DNA from: Ophelia neglecta
Lineage: Eukaryota
Direction: 5' to 3'
DNA length: 64,000 bases
Assembly (NCBI GenBank): GCA_965285935.1
Contig: OZ260666.1
Span: 45,694,001-45,758,000, forward strand
The notes below the pieces were generated by a model. It did not search any database. It saw only the letters and a program-made list of their open reading frames with translations, and was not told where the DNA came from. This document shows positions 1 to 14,700 of the stretch, one piece after another (the stretch's first letter is position 1; every line of letters starts with the position of its first letter). Made by a program: the position numbers and the translations under genes.

Positions 1-2889
1 AGATTGGTACCTAGAAATAATAATCAGAAAATAACACAGAAACAATATGAATACTGGGAAATCTATGCAGTGACGACATTTAAAATAAAGTGTGAATTTA
101 TACTGCGATATAACCCACAGTTTAGAAAATAAACAAAATGAATGTGCAGAAAATAGCTAAGTGCAGAAAGTGTAGAAAACACCGAGACACCGAATGAGTC
201 GAAATTGTTTATTCATTTTAGATTTTTTAATCAAGTGATATGTTTATCATAAGAGCTGTTGTTCAAGAATGCTTGTTATGAAAAGAAAAGCTAACCTCAA
301 GCTAGAACATCTAATTTGCCCCACTAATTGTGCTACTTTCTGCACATTAGACTTCTCCCCGTACATTGTACATTTAGGCTACTTTCAACACAATCAGCAC
401 TACGCTTTCCTTTTTTTAAATCGGCGCTTTGGCTACTGTTGTTGGCACCTTCGACGACTCCTCAGCTGGCAACTGAGAGTTCCGGATTTAGACGCATTGA
501 CTACATCTGGCACTTTCGCTTCATTTTTCACATGATCGGCTTCCATTTTTTACCTATTACCTACTTTGATGTTTCTGATTACAATTCTCGTTTATTCTTT
601 ATCATAAATTTTTAATATGAAATACTTCAAGAAATATCGAAGTTTCCGAGACATTATTCAATTTAACCCATACGGTATTATAAAATTCGCCAAGATACAT
701 AATAGGTCAATTCTGCATTTGGGCAAATTTGACTTCTTAAGGATTTCGGTATATTCGCACAGTATTTTTTTTTACATCCAATAAACATATATTTTGAATT
801 ATTAAATTATAACAATAGGACATAGAGTAAACATTGCACATACAACGTAAGACAACTTAAATGAGATATTTATAAGGGAAAAGTGTAAAGAAAGTCGGAT
901 GCTTTAATTGTTTAAGTATTAACACCAGCCCAAATCGGTAAAGCTTTTATCTAAAAATTAACTATCATACTAAAATATTAATCTAATTACCAAAATCACA
1001 AAAAAAAATTGTTCAATTGTTATCCATTGCAAAATCTTCAAAATATTGTCGCTCAACTAGTCAAGGAATAAGTGCAGGTAGACACCTTTTACTTTGTTTC
1101 ATTTTAAATACTGGAATGTTGTTAATCTAGGGCATGTGAACCTAGACCTTTAACAAGGCTTGAGATGTATGATGTCGTCCATAGTTCATTCTTCATTTTT
1201 ATTAAACAAATTTTGGTAAAAAACGTTTTTAGGTAAGACAAATAAAAAGTAAAGAACATTTTTCACAATTCATAGCGTGAGTAGTTAGTTATTAGGCAGT
1301 ACACACACATAACCCTCTGATCGCTTCAGTCACCAAAGACCCAGTAGTTGAGGGACACTTCTTCGAGGGTAGTAGAGTGGCTCTAATGAACTGACTGAAA
1401 CACTACTCGAGTAAATTCGCTAAGCTTTGTTCCTCTGAACGATCCACGCAGACATCTGCCTACATGTTAAGATTTCGCCGCTAAAAAGCTGCTCGTTTGG
1501 TTTCATTTATTTCAAACATCTCTGTAAAAAATGTTACAATTCTGACATAAATAAACTAAATATAATGTTTCCACATGATGTAACTGCACGGGACAAGCTT
1601 ACTGTCAAGACTCATTATATTCTAAATATACTCTCGCTGGATAATCGCACCAGTTTATCAGATCTGTTAGAACAAATGCTCTAGCTCCATTATAATGACA
1701 ACCATTGCACACGCTGTTGCCAAGACCACTTCGTTTGCTTCATGAGGGCTGAGTGACTGTTGCTCTCTTGGGGGATTAGCTTGAAGGATGGTCTCCTACA
1801 GATGCTCAGATACCGGTAAAGGCAATCATTGACAGATTGGTCCCCCATTCGACCACCGTAAATCCAGTTAGGCAAATAGGCATCTCTGTTTACGCTGATG
1901 GACGAAATCAGCCGATATAAAGTAAAGCACACATGTTGAGGAATAACAAATACTTGAATTTAAAAAAAACAGATCAGTCGCTTTATTATTTCCATTGACT
2001 CGGAGACGACAGTTGCTGCAAATAATTAATTCATGATGCAAGGGTGCGTCTTTTATTTAGAGTGAGGGTGGGGGAGGGGGTCAGAAATTTGTCTGTTCCA
2101 AAATGGATACTCCCCCCCCCAGACGTTTGGGGAACATTCGGTACTCCCCTCCCTTCACTCTACAAATCGTACACCCCCTTTACCCTGTGAAAGAATTAAT
2201 TTTAAAGGTATCAATCTTACGCATACATTGTTATGGTAAAGATCATCGCTCGGTCAAAATTATAGCCCCCCCCCCCTCCATACTACACAGTAAAGGCGAA
2301 AAACTCGAGAACGCAATACCGATGATGGCATAACCAAATAATTAAGGCCCCTTTCAGCCTGACTCCCTGTAACATGTAAATGTAACATGACTGCCTACGT
2401 TTTACTTTTTATATGATGCGACAAATGTAAATCTGTTGGGTACATAACGAGAAGGCATACGTATACCAACGAAAATACCAACGTTACTCTGATCGAAGAT
2501 GTCTCCAGTTGCAGGGGTCTGGCACGACCTAAAACTACCCTTAAAACCACAGACAAATCAATCAAATTCAGGCAATCAGAAAATGCACCGTCGAAGGCAG
2601 ACAGTCAACCCTCTCTAGATCTTTTGGTGCGGGAAGCAAGCAGATATATATATATAGACAAGCGCGCGCAGACCCGCTCAAGTGGAATGTAGAAAAACCA
2701 TCGCAAGAGGCTTTTAAGACGAGATCCGATTGCTAAAATTTGAAAATCCATCTTTTTCTAAGAAATATTTATGAGCATTGTAAAAGAACACCATTGCGTG
2801 AAATGAATAATTTTTGTAACAGAATACAGACGTTTCACCAAGTTAAGAGCATCTGTAATATAGAATATGAAAACAGCCATTGGGCAACA

Positions 2890-3620
2890 TAATTGTGCTT
2901 GGCCACGCCATAGGATGTCACAGTGTGGCCAGAAGATATTCAGCATAGGAACATGGGCCATCCCGTTGGGACGCCAAAGAGACTTAATCAATGGCAATTC
3001 ACACAATCAATCATTCACTGGCAGATCTGGATGAAATATCGTGTTATATGATGTCCAGCATTAAAGACTGAATATGCCCTTCCATATATTAAGGAAACCT
3101 ACATAATATTATAGGTAACAATTCCTGAAGAATTTTCGTTTTGTCATTAATTATGCCATGGTAGCAAACTGTACTCGTCTACACAACACCTTATTCTTGT
3201 GTCACAACAACGCTTTCCTCTTGGTAAATGATGCAGTCGTACGATGCGATATATTTTATAAATATTGTCTGCTGTCAGTTATATAAGGCCCACTTTTTTA
3301 GCTGTGACGCTTCATTTAATTGTAATAGAAGAATGAAATCTAGAAATATTTTCATTCCTCGCGTTAACACTTGAATGGTAAGTCACTTTTCCCTGAGATA
3401 TCCTAGTATTTGTTGAACATTTGCCAAAAAGATTCCTTTTAAAAACACCGCTGTTACAGTGTATCACTTTTCCAAAAATGGAGATTGCATACAGGAAGCA
3501 GACATACGGGTTTGTTGATGATGGTGAAGAATTATTTTCAGAGACACCGCATACTTTCCTATTAAAATGCCTGCATTTGGAGGTTGCTAGACGTAAAAAT
3601 GCTATTAGATAGGGTGTCAA
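2890..3620 (+). mobile_element. Probable fossil DNA-transposon transposase C-terminal region with intron remnants
   Basis: Frameshifted motifs HAIGCH..*EHGP, YKA..LAVTLH(F)NCNR and CITFPK....KQTYGFV resemble the LAALHFNEN...FPK...TY.YV block of invertebrate Kolobok/Mutator-like transposases. Intron-like G|gtaagt...ttacag at 3378-3459. Confidence 0.4.
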
Positions 3621-3959
3621 GAGGAAGCAATTAGAGGCCAGGTATTTAACTAAGCTTCGGAGAAACGCTCAAGATAGGAAAAAAATGATTGTGAGGAAAG
3701 GGTGCGAGGAATGGTCGGTTGTCCATGCACTAGATTCAATAGTAATAAGTGATGGAAGATAAGAGTGAAATGATGGAGCCCAGCCAGAGATGGAGACTGA
3801 GAAGAATGAAAACAAAGAAGACTGTCGCCTCCCGGTTGATCTAAACATGGATCAAAAACAGCGAATTCATTGAGTTTACAACACAGCAAAATGTAAACGA
3901 GAAGGCTGGCTACTTCTCTATAGATCCATTCAGTCTGCACACTTATTACAATAGGCTGA

Positions 3960-4482
3960 CACTGGGTGGTGCTCACAGCAGGTACAAAAACAGATACAGC
4001 CTTATACTATTATGATACATTGTGCCATTCAGACAGCATCCCATTCGGCGTCGCCAGCTCCATCGAATCACTCATTTATCAACCCGGGGAGGTAAACGTC
4101 AAATTGATGCAATGCCAGCCTGCCCAGAAATATTCGTGCGACTCTGGGAAGCAAGCTATTGCATGGCAGAAGCACAGACACGCTTCAAAGAGCCAGAAAA
4201 CTATATTGAGCCGAGTGATAAAATGAGAGGGCATCTCTTTTATTGTAGTGTAAACCAATTAATATTCCATTACAAACATCCGGAACCCAATTAAGGGGCT
4301 CGAAAGTCCTTAGACGTAAAAATAATATCGTTCGTTGCTGATGTTCCACGCCCGATGACAGGTTCTAGTATAGTCTGCTATGGTTGTGACATCAGGCTCC
4401 ACCCAAATGTGAAGGCACTGGTCCGATAACGTGTGCTGCTACTGAGGTTGAAGATGCCTGAGACATGATTTGTCTCAAGTGC
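3960..4482 (+). pseudogene. Decayed Ulp1-like (C48) cysteine protease followed by a PHD finger, probably transposon cargo
   Basis: HWVVLT...YYYDTL...Q...CDSGKQAIAW (DCG changed to DSG), then after a frameshift EPENY...KMRGHLFYC, then C*C..PDD / IVCYGCDIRLHP / KC...ICLKC (C4HC3 pattern), broken by stops and frameshifts. Confidence 0.7.
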
Positions 4483-7400
4483 CGAATTAGTCAAAGGCCC
4501 GGACATAATACTAAATCTATTTTCAGAGACAACAACAGTATTATTGTAATCATATAATGTCGATTTCTTTTTCGAATTTCATTACAAAGCAATAGGACGG
4601 TATAATAATACGAGACAGAAAGCACCATCATGCATGTACGTATCGATTAGAGAATTAAAATATGAATGTGGTGAGATTATAAAATCACCGTTGTCAAATT
4701 TTTTCATTTATGAGCAGATTTCTTTGATGAAATAAAATTTTGTCGAAATTTATAATGGTATCTATGGTATTCTTTGTAATCAGATTATTGATATACACCA
4801 ACATATGCAATTATTGATTTGCTAACCACCTATTTTACCCCATATTCTATTCTTACATTTTCTTGTAAATTTCGAACCTGCCTTTTCGAGGAAAAATATG
4901 TCTAGGATAGTGGTATATGACAGAACTTCCTGTCCCACGGCATGAACTTGTTCATTACACTTCTGAGACTTATAAATTCGAGTGCCATACACGTACAGTG
5001 GCATTTTAACGTGAAACTTTCTTCTGGTTAGGTTCCTGCCAAGGGACTATGCTGTGCTACTGTCAGGAAACGTTCGTCGAACCTTTTTAACTAGAGAGCA
5101 GGTTTCCTAACTGCCCAAGTTACAAGGATGATTACAAGGTATAAACAAAATTATCCAACATGTCTCCTGGTCTTTCCTTTAATCAATCATATAAAGCAAA
5201 CATAAGACTCAATTTCCTGATGCAGTTATTTTCACTTAAGCGACAAACATTTACTTAAGACCATTGTCATAAATAACATGTTATATTCCTTTATTTATCA
5301 TGTTGAATCAAACAAGACCGCTTTAGTTTACTGTTATTTCATTTAAAAAACTACGTTAGGATCTGACAGTTTTTAGCGTATTATATTAATCCTACCTACT
5401 GAGACGCATTACTGTAAACAAAGTTACCCCGAAAACGGCTGTGGCATAAGCTATAAGCGTTGATACGCTTCGTCTTTGTTCGGAAGATTTTACCTTTTTG
5501 AACAACTATCGGTCACGTGACACGGTTATTTTTAGTTGTTGCGTTTTGAGAAGGTTCCGGCGATATTCATCCTTTTATTTGGGTTTACTATTTATGCCCT
5601 GTTTAAAAAGTAAAATATGTTTAGGTTAATTGCCTAAATAAGTTTTGTAAATGATCCAAATTACAACATAATATGTAATAGGAAAAACCAAGAGTTCCAT
5701 TTCCTGTTGGTACAAAGCAGCATGATTTCTTCCACCAACAATATTAACCAGATTGAACAGCAGAAAAAGACAATTGACTTCATGATATATATAATATGTA
5801 TTGCTTGCACATCGAGCAGACAATCAGAATACTGTCTATTCGGGCAGAAATATTATCGGAGCTCCTCGGAAATGAGATTTTCAAGAGTGTCACACTTTGT
5901 TTTGGCAAAAATCTGCTGTAGGCAATAATATCTACCGAGGCTTAATTTCGGACGACACAGAAAGCCTCGAACTAAGTGAATACATATTTTAAACCTGTTG
6001 ATAACAAATCTAATCTAACAATGTTAGTTTTGAACACAAAGAATAGCAATTATAATAATGGCAAAGTTGCTACAACGAACCTTGAACTTAGTTGACAAAA
6101 GTTTATCGATTGCTTTTCAGCAATTTTAGTTGCTTCGACCGGAGCCGAAGCTTTCTGAAAAAATTTGCTAAAGAATGTTGAAAACAAGATCTAAGAAGGA
6201 TAACATTTATAGAAAATATAATATAATGACAGACGGTTTTAGCAACGAAGTAGTGTAAAAACCACGTAAATCAATTACATTGCTTACTTTATCTACGAAG
6301 GCACATGGGTGGTGCTGGTGTTGCGATTTATATTTGATCGCATAAAATGCACAGCTACTCGAAGAGTTTTCACGGAAACTAATCAATTTACTTATCCTCT
6401 GCACTCTACCAGTTTTCATTACATATTTTACAAACAAAAAACAACGCCATCCTAAGTTAAGTTAAATAAGACGTTTAACCTATTCGAGAATAAACAAGTA
6501 GAGTTTTGAGTCCTAAATGTTAGGATATTGTGTACCAATGTACCCCCTTGACGATCTACCCACGTATCTAAATCATCCCGCTGATTCTTACGTTCGTTTA
6601 CAGGAATACATGGTGTTCCCTTCATGTCAAGAGCTCGAGTCGTGTCTGCCCTAGTAACTCAGGATATGATTCTCTAGGGCCTTGTTCGTTTCTCTGAAGG
6701 GCCCACTGACTATCTTCTAATCAAATCTATTAGTAATCGTGGTAGAAATGGTAGAAATCAAACGGAGTTTATAGCCAATTAGCCTTTATTTCCTACGCTG
6801 CAAAAAAACTTGTGACTAAAACTGATACAAGGAGAGGAATGATAGTCAGTTGACCCCACAGATATCAATTTAAATGATAACAGAAATGTCTCGTCGTAAT
6901 ATGCAGTTCACAGAATTTCCTTCCTTGAAATACTAAACCTCTTGTAAGATAACGAGGGTGTCATTGATTATCGCATGGTGTGAGGGTGGGAGTGGGGCGG
7001 AGGGGTTGGATGGGATGGTTCCCCATTCCACCAATGAGATTGTGCAGTGTTTCCATGACCCCCCCCCCCCCCACTCCACTGTGTCTGGATGTGTGCCAAA
7101 GGCATTTGCACACCGTCATACTAAGGGTGTCTGGGGAATGGTCCCAAAGGATTGGCGTAATTTTCATGACTAATACATGATTTAGGGCCTTTTAAACAGG
7201 TAAAAATAAAGCACAATCCAGAAGTAAAATGAATCTGTGAAAAGTGTCCCTTTTCTAACAGTCAAATTACTAATTTTGAATAAAGAAAAATTCCACGCAA
7301 AATCGGCCAGAAATTTGCCACGCATGTGAAGTAAAAAAAGAGAAAACATCCACATTTCGTCTTGTACACATTTAGGCCATTTTCCTCTTTTAGCTGAGAG

Positions 7401-7527
7401 GCATTTTCCTATTGCGAAAAAAAGGAGAAATATTCCTTCCCGCCAAAATATTTAAAAGACACTATAGAAATTGTGTATTGACTATGTGCCAACCTTCATG
7501 CAAACCATCACAAGTTTACCAGTGGCA

Positions 7528-8328
7528 CTTATCATCGAGTCTCGAGTTTGGAGTGTGAAAGGTCGAGTATCGTGTAGGAAAATTCCGAGTTACGACTATG
7601 AAAATTCGAGTATTAAGTATAAAATCTCCAGTTACGAGTATACCGTTCGGGTTTTGAGATTGAAAGTTCGAGCATCAACTATGCAATGTCGAGGTTGGCG
7701 TATGAATACATAGAGCTTCACTAGTTTCAATTCTAGTAGATTCTGGTATCCTGCCAGGTCAACAGTAGAGGGAATGCCATTTTCGCCTGTCCAATATTTT
7801 AAATTCGTAGGGTAAGCGTAGTTTAAAGCAAATACATATCGGGACAATCTATTGTTTTTTATGCTGAGCATCGCTATTTCGATCGTTGCCGATTGACCAG
7901 GCACGAAAGTCGCATATATTTGGGTTTTTCAACCATATGAAAAGGATTTTTACCCCCATTTTCAGGCGTTAAAATGTAAACGCACACGGATCGGGCGGTT
8001 TTGTACTGAATTTAAGCCAGAATATGTGAAATGGTACTACATACATGTTCATGCAATGTTAGACATTGTAAGTTTTGGCTAGCACTCATTTCTCGGCGGC
8101 TTTAACGAGCCCTGTTGGATGCCTTTGCATCGCATTTTGGTCTGCGTCGGAAAGATCAGCGCAATGGCACTCTAGACATCTACCTTCATGAGGTACCTAT
8201 CTATATAGACCGCTGCAGAGATTTGAAGTTGTCAAAGCACAATCAGCTTTAGGACCCATATGTACTCGAATTTCTATACGCGACACTCGATACTCGAACT
8301 TTCATACTCGAATCTCGAATGAAAGATA
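7528..8328. mobile_element. Foldback/MITE-like element whose inverted arms are built from ~21-bp CGAGTATGAAAGTTCGAGTAT subrepeats
   Basis: The reverse complement of 8262-8328 (ttcgagtatgaaagttcgagtatcgag...) matches the degenerate subrepeats at 7530-7710. Confidence 0.55.
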
Positions 8329-8334
8329 ACAACC

Positions 8335-8795
8335 AGGGACTCGTTGACTTTAGAAACACTCCCGAATTTATACCAGCCACATAAAGCCTGAAGACTTTCC
8401 GAAAACAAAGGTTTAAAATCATATGATGCTAAAAAAAAAATTTGCACAAGCTACTGCTGACGCACATATTGTCTAAGTGTAATTTGTGCGTAAAAAAATG
8501 CTGCCTCTAATTGGTTTGCTATGTATGACGTTTGGCCTATTTAAACCCGAAGGCAAGTAATGCGTTTTGCCAGAGCACTGTGTTCCTGGGTGCCGCTGCC
8601 TTATGTTGGTGACGTCATCGCCGAAAGCAGGCCAAGCGTCATTTGCTTTCTGAGCCAATCAGCGTTCACCATTTGAGCGCGTCACACGTGCATAGTATAC
8701 ATATTTGATGCTTCCGAGTAGTTTTTTTTTTCGCACAACTAATCTCCAGACTTTATGCTGCTGGTATAAATCCCGGAGTCATTGTAAATAGCCCT
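8335..8795. mobile_element. MITE with ~55-bp terminal inverted repeats
   Basis: Left aggg...actcccgaatttataccagccacataaagcctgaag versus reverse complement of right aggg...actccgggatttataccagcagcataaagtctggag. Confidence 0.7.
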
Positions 8796-11700
8796 TCAAT
8801 TGCCTGTGGTATAGACAGAAATCTTATACTTCATGCACGTGTTGACTAAACCTAAAATAGATGTTGTAGACAAATGGTTGGCTACTATTACATTTATTAC
8901 TATATATAATCTAAACTTGAATAATATGAACAAGTAGACTTTAAGAACATCCACAGTGCAGTATGAAACAGGGAGATCAATATTGTTGCAATATGCAAGT
9001 CTCACATTTCTACTTTTTACGGCTTGAATTTATAATTTGCTATTTAAGGGGTAATTGGAGAAATAGTTATTTTTCAGCCTTGTTTGTGGGTTTACCAAAT
9101 TAGGCGCTATCAATACATGCACGTATTCACGGTAGTCACCATAACAATAAAAATCCCTGGCTATCACAGTATAATTTGGTTTAGATGTTGGCCTATATGC
9201 TACAGGCACGTACTCTCCTGTTTTCCTAGGAGGGGTTCGATGTTCGGAGAGACAGCTTAAGAGTGAGCCTGCATGCCACGCGGAAAATTGAAAAGCTTTT
9301 CTCTAAAAGAGACCATTTTAAGCAACATTGATGGGTGTCCCATTCTGGAGATTTCATGACCCCTCTCATCACATGGCATTCATGAGGCCCCCTTTTACAA
9401 TGCAAAATGAAACCCGCTTAAAACGACGGATAAATTCCCGCTTTTATAATAATACGTTTTAAAGTCACTATATTAACAACCACTTTTAAGCCCCTTTGCT
9501 ATGTTTGAATTGACATTTATATGTTATCCTAATATATCTACACCAAAATAGAACATTATTATCTATGATTAAATACCACTATTCTGACACACTCGTTGGA
9601 AGCGGAAGCTTTCATCGTGAAGTTCATGCAAAATTTGTTCCTGCTAGCGAGCATTTAGACTATATATAGCGAACGGACAATAAAACATATTCAAATTATC
9701 TTAAGACACTTATAAGATATCGTGGTATTCCAATTACTTTCTTCCAGGAGCCTTCAGTTTTGTACGGATTGAGTTAGACAATGCTGTAGGAGAAATTGAT
9801 AGGTAAATTGTAAAAAGGTTGAAAAGTCTCGCAGGTTGAGATCACCAAAATTTGTTGGCAGAAAACTACCGCATTGCATGATCCATACAATAGGATAAAA
9901 CGTCAAAACGCCCTGGAAAACAAAACATTTACTGATGCCTTACATTGCTGCATCAAAATAAATGACAAGGGTGCCTTCATTGATCAAAGCTGGTATGCAA
10001 TAATAATGGTCACTCAAGATATGGATCCAGTAGAATTGTGATAATATCAAACAACTTGATAATAAGCCAGTTTGCATATACGAAGAAAAGTGCCACAACA
10101 AGCCTATATTGGCATATATATTTCTCCGTGCTCTGAAGGCGAATGGATACCTAGGCAGAAACATCAAATCGATAGTTGAGAATAGTCAAGTACAACGGCT
10201 CACTTTCACCATTAGCCAATGAGATCAGCCTCACATAACACCAGTCCCCAGTTCCATACATATAAATTAGTTTGGAGCCAAATAATCAGAAGAAGAAAGA
10301 GGATATCTATGAGAAGAAGACACCAGGTTAACATGATGTGAGTCAAACCATATGAAAAAGAATGCCTCATTTAACTATGGGAAACTTTCCAAATGTGCAG
10401 TTGACTAATCCTAACATATTATATGATAGTTAAAGAAAGGATGAAAGCTTGTTCTAATTGGAAATGACTTGTTATATTCTGACTGGTACAACTTGTTGTG
10501 AAATTATACGGATTGTTATTGATATTGTAAATTTTGAATGGAAGTAAATTTTCTATTTAATATCATAGACAAATTGGCATACATACAGATATAGATATAT
10601 AGACTGAGGAGAACACAGAAGGTGATTTTTATAATGTGTTCTAAAAGCAACGCATTATTGTAATAAAATTGTTTAATATCTATAGTCATTTTTATTAGTA
10701 TCAAAAGGTATTTCTACAGTGCCTTCACATTTTGCCCTAGACGCCTTGCAGGCAATCATAAATATTACTTTATAAACAAATACCAACTAAAATGGAAGTC
10801 AAGGGTAAATCAATTCGTATTTTCAATTCAAAATGGTATAACAATGAATTTGCATGCACAGCTTTAATAATACAATTGGCTTCTTTCATAGTAGTAGGGA
10901 AGGGAAGCGTTTGAAATTCGGAATATGGATTACAACAATGTCCTGATAATAGCAGCAATTGCAAGCAAACCTAAACAATTGTGTTTTAAGTTTATAGTTT
11001 AAAAATCCTGGATTGCTTGTGTCTCATTCCTAAAGTCTGGAAGTTACTACCACATGGTGGATGCCTCGTTTTAAAATAGGGCCCAAATTCGGTCCTCACG
11101 CATAAGATTAAAAATACAAACCAGGAAGTGGACACCATAGCCTGTGTTGGAATTTTGCAGGCTTCTTAAATAAGTAACGACGTATACGAAGGACGTACCG
11201 CCAAAGAACTTGGTTGTTTTTTAATACGTAGCACACAAGTCTCCTTGCTCAAAGCAGAAGAAAAACTGAGATTCTCAGTGAAATAACTGAACACTTGATT
11301 AGACATATCAACCTGATAAATACTACTCCATACGTGCAGTGCAGTACCTCTGTGATGTCCCTACGAATCATAATGAAAGTCGTTGTCATAGAAGGTGTTG
11401 CAACATAGGCAGACTCAAGAGGATGAACATGTTTTGACACAATTGGTCGTTAATTCGCCTAGCAACAGCCCTTTCTAGGATTGTCGAAACAAACGGTTTA
11501 AGTTTACACAGGCCTGTTATTCTCTAGAGAGTCAAATCAGACAAGTACAAATAAAATTGATCAATTCATAATTCCAGAAAAAAGGCTACATTATAGATTT
11601 CGAGGAGCAAGATTCAAGTAAAATCATTCTGCCTAAAAATACCAAGTTGCATTGCATCAGTGCAGTTAAAACTGCTTATGACGAATGAAAATAGAACACA

Positions 11701-14700
11701 AATGAAATGTTTCGATGGCAATTGATTAAGAGTTTGATAATTTGCTGCAGAGGACGAATGGATCGGCGACTACAGGACAATATTACCTTAACGTAATCAT
11801 ACACCAATCTCCAGCTCTCAAACAGTGAATAAAATTGTTATATTATGTAGGTATAAACTTGATTTCACTTGCAATGAGAAATAGTCACCAGTTTTCTATG
11901 TTGCGGGTCACAACACAAAACAATCGAGTCAGTGATCAACATAGTACAAAGATGAAATATAATCTTAGAGTGTTATCATGTTGGTCTAAGCTCTCTCAAT
12001 AATTAAGAGACCAATGGTGAAATTGTGTCCGTAAAGGAGTCCCTGCGATCGGCGCTACGTGCGCTGCGTGCCTGGGCTTGCCGTTCAACAAAGACAGTTT
12101 GCCGACAGCGCAGTGCCGGATACAGGGTCTCCCATTAACGTGGAAAGTGACTGTAATCAGATCGGCGTGAAAAAGTTTTAAATTAGAAACTTACTAATAA
12201 ATGGTATAATGTTTATGCAAACCGAATATATTTGTTAAGAATGAATCATAATTTGGAAAATATTGTTTCTTCACTTACGCCAATTAAGCATATTTTATTT
12301 TTATTCACCACCCGCCATTTTCCCAATTGAATAACAAGTATTAAGGTCATTAAAAATACTCTTAGAATTATTTTGATCGATACGATTTTTTACTAACGCT
12401 TTCAGACAGAAGCTACCGGACTAATATTTCTATCTTGTCCATCTATTTAAAAGGTGAATGCATTTCTAAGCTTCATTTTTTAACGTTTTAGGAGCATATT
12501 ATTAAATAATGCAAGCAGTATTCGCAACTGGACCTAGATATTTTCTTTCTGATGTCTAATTCACGACATACGTTCTCTTAATGCTTTTGGTCAGACTGGA
12601 AATGATTCCTTATTCACATTTTGTTCCAGTATCTATTTATGTATTACGGGGTAATTAAAATGTGGTCGGGTTGGAATTAAACAATCGAGCTATTTTGGAT
12701 ATTTTTAGCTTAGAGTTAAGTATGCAGCTTCGTGCCGGGACGTCATAGAGTACAAGAATGCGTGCGTCTAACAACTTAACGCATGAAGAAAATAATCTGT
12801 AAAATTCCACTTGTCCTCAATTGATAGAAACTACGTTGAACCAAACTATCTGCAAATCCTAATATTTGTCCCTCGCCCCCAAAACCACAACTCTGCCAAC
12901 AATGATCAACCATTGCGGTACTGTGACTACCTCTTTATGACACATATAGCTCCATTTCAAAGTGCAAGTAAGCGAGTCATTTGTCATCCAATGTTATTAC
13001 GGCGCTCATTAGGTCAAGAACTGGGCATTATGGGGTGGCTTATGTATATTTAGCACAATAACGAGACATGTTTTAACGAATCCACCTGGCGTGAAATGTA
13101 GTTATCCTTAAACCTAAGCCTTGCCACCTAATTATCACATGTGTGGTACTTGCTGGATGGAGATAAAGACAGGCAGTTAAGAAAGAGAGAGCACGGTATT
13201 CGGTTTTCCATCGTATCTAGGCAGTCGACCTTGGCATGTTCCATGACGGACGCTGGTAATTACTTGGACGTGCTGATGCTATACATAAGATTCGGTAGCC
13301 ACATACCACCATGCAATATAACTAAGTGTATAATTATAGCAGTGCGAACTCCCGTTTCTCACTAAATATTTTTTACGGCTTAGTGATGAAACCGTCACTG
13401 GCAGGGAGGACGTCTTAAGGCCGCATTTTTAAGCCCTGTTCGTTGCTTTGGCGACTGATGAAGAATGCATTGAGAGTTTTACTCCAGCATCCAAGCGCCA
13501 GCCAATATAAGCCTGTCTCTTTCTAGTTGCAGGCATTGATTTGCAATAGCAAGACGATTTCATGGCTTTAGTCTTGCCGGCGCTATGGTTATCCGAACAG
13601 TATTGACACATCATGTATCAAATGACATTGGGAAAAGCACACATTTGTTATGAGTAGGCCTTTTATTTTCGTATCAACAAGCTAGCTCGACACCTCGACG
13701 AAATTAGGCAGGGAACAGGTTGCAGCCAATGGGAAATTTGACAAAAACGCACAAAACAACCAAGTATCTTGTCTTTATGTGCAGGCTTCCCTTACGCCTC
13801 TATAGGCACATAATACAACCATACCCCAACTTGTCAGGTAAGATGATGTTTCATGAACAGCATAAAGAATGTCCGTCTAGTCTGTTTGGCTCAAGGATCA
13901 TCGCAGGTATCTCATGGGAATTTATATGGCCTTATTAAGCAATGAAGTGAAAGGATGACAGTGTATTGCTGTCTTCGTTACCATGGTCACTATTTGTTCG
14001 ATAAATTGGCTCATCTCTACTGTCTTCCATATTCGTCTCCTTGTTTCGTAGTTTTACTCAGTTTTTACATATTTTTTAAGACTCTAAACTATGTGATAAC
14101 ATTTTTCATTTATTACTCGCCTTCTAAATATGGTTAACATTGGCGGTTGTGGGGCTGTTGATTGGTCATTTTTGGGCCTGCTGTTGAAGGGTCCGGGTGA
14201 GCTTTGATTGATTTCATGGGTCTGTTATTGATCACCAAAATTTTAATCTGCTTTGCCGGCCACATTTCAGCTACGTTTCTCGCTGTTCCTTATTAATCTC
14301 AACTGTGTAAGAAGGATAGAATCTACATGTGAATAAAAACCGGCCTATATTACCTATCTATTTTGAATCCACGTGCACAAACTATAGTTTGATAAGGGAT
14401 TGGTGAATATTTCCTTCTTACGTATGTCACTATATTTTGATCAACCCCAATATAAAGATTCATGAACAAAGGAGCAAAACTTTTCTGACGAATCAATGCG
14501 GACATGTTGGTACTGTTATTCGGCAAGCAATCAACTGCAGGATACGGCGGTATATTGTGACGGATTAATTCTAAATAAAACAAAAACGTTCGTAACTACA
14601 CTTAACCTGTAGCGTCTAGCTATAAAACACAGTCTTTTGAATAATTCAAATATAATCATCTGATGTTTGCATCTATTTTTCCATCCACCGTTGTTTGGCA

